From Mobula hypostoma (taxonomy: Eukaryota), in the NCBI RefSeq assembly GCF_963921235.1, contig NC_086098.1:3968001-4032000 (forward strand): 64,000 bases of DNA, written 5' to 3'. The position numbers and the translations under genes are program-made. Below the pieces are notes generated by a model. The model had not been told where the DNA came from. It worked only from the letters and a program-made list of their open reading frames with translations, and did no database searches. This document shows, one piece after another, positions 63,012-64,000 of the stretch (the first letter of the stretch is position 1; the number at the start of each line of letters is the position of its first letter).

Positions 63012-63588
63012 TGTAAGCCTCATGTTGTGTCGTCTGCGTATGTCTAGGGAAGACAATCTCTGACCCCACTGAACGTGTGAGATTGAGGTGCAAAACCTCC
63101 TGTTTGTGTCGATGCTGCGTGATGTGTCACTCTGTTACAAATCAGTACCTCAAAATAACAGACAGTACACCATATGCAATTAAATTATTTAGCTTTATAA
63201 TGTTTAATTTGACTAAAAGATTAGTAAAGAAAAATAGAAAGAAAAGGACCCATTTTACTGAAACAGTCTAACGTGCAAAAGTTGGAGCTCATGGTTTCCC
63301 TTCCGCTGGTCCTCCATTGATTTCCCTGGGCTTCATCAACTCCCAGCCCCACTCCAAGTCCACTCCTCTCTGGTGTCTACCACCGCTCCTTTCTGGCATC
63401 TTCTCTCCCCAGCTTCTGCCAAATAAAAGACCCAGATCACCTCCGTCTCCGGCACACAACAAGAAAAACCATTCCCTTCATTGGATGGCTCACATTCCAA
63501 AGCCCCCGTTATCTCTAGCCATAACCCAAACATTGCTGCTTCAGAAAGACCATTACATTAGCAGTGAAACCTTTCCCAGGGTGTTACA
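63012..63588 (-). repeat. 5' LTR of the Gypsy element (577 bp)
   Basis: TGTAAG...GTTACA termini, direct repeat of 56278-56848 with visible divergence. Confidence 0.92.
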
Positions 63589-64000
63589 GGCAGAAGAAAT
63601 GAAAGGATGGACTATAAATACAGAGAAAATACAGAAAATCTGAAGTGCAAAGGGTTCTCTGCAGGATTCTCTAAAGATTAACTTGCAGGTTGAGTTAGTG
63701 GTGAGGAAGGCAAATGCAACGTTAGCATTCATTTCAAGAGGACTGGAAGATAAGAGTAATGATGTAATGTTGAGACTTTATAAAGCACCGGTGAGGCCCA
63801 CTTGAAGTATTGTGAGCAGGTTTGGGCCCCTTATCTTAGAAAGGATGTGTTGATACTGGCGAGTGTTCAAACGAGGTTCATAAAACTGATTGCAGGATTG
63901 AATGACTTGTCTTATGAAGAATGTTTGATGGCTCTGGGCTTGTATTCACTAGAATTCGGAAGAATGAGGGGTGACCTCATTGAAACCTATCAAATGGTGA

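Larger units (their letters stand above)
56278..63588 (-). mobile_element. Gypsy/Ty3 LTR retrotransposon with PNMA-like Gag; most of RNase H/integrase deleted
   Basis: Two LTRs. Gag LRLFSG..PTPKGEE..ESW, CCHC knuckle CYNCGEKGHFRREC, protease ILDTGSQVT, RT VRMCVDYRTLN, and SFL.FCGYYRRFVKDYA joined to post-integrase sequence at about 57590. Polypurine tract at 56849-56862. Target duplication GGTA/GGCA. Confidence 0.92.
55940..64000 (+). mobile_element. Old CR1 RT fragment (55940-56277 and 63589-64000) split by the Gypsy element
   Basis: SGVSQGTVLGP...KFAED on the left. The HFGRRN-type motif is split at the insertion, and RP.LKYC / GDLIETY continue on the right. Confidence 0.8.

Overview
Vertebrate genomic DNA. 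The repeat landscape (CR1, Rex/Babar, Penelope) suggests a cartilaginous fish, probably a ray or shark; this is an inference. The window holds the last six coding exons of MMS22L on the + strand (22331-50223). All splice sites are GT-AG, phases match at every junction, and the exons encode about 299 C-terminal residues, with an AATAAA at 50347. Most of the rest is nested retroelements: CR1 LINEs of several ages (three near-complete copies and a young subfamily present three times), Rex/Babar fragments, and a Neptune-type Penelope element with a 3' hammerhead ribozyme plus many short derivatives, some palindromic. Also present are a second Penelope family fused to a U6 snRNA fragment, a PNMA-like Gypsy LTR element, SINEs and Tc1/mariner MITEs. 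Two unique intronic blocks may be conserved non-coding elements. I found no convincing new protein-coding system. The best leads are the hammerhead/Penelope non-autonomous family, the U6-Penelope chimera, a SINE with telomeric repeats at its head, and a candidate in-frame micro-exon. Boundaries of degenerate repeats are approximate.
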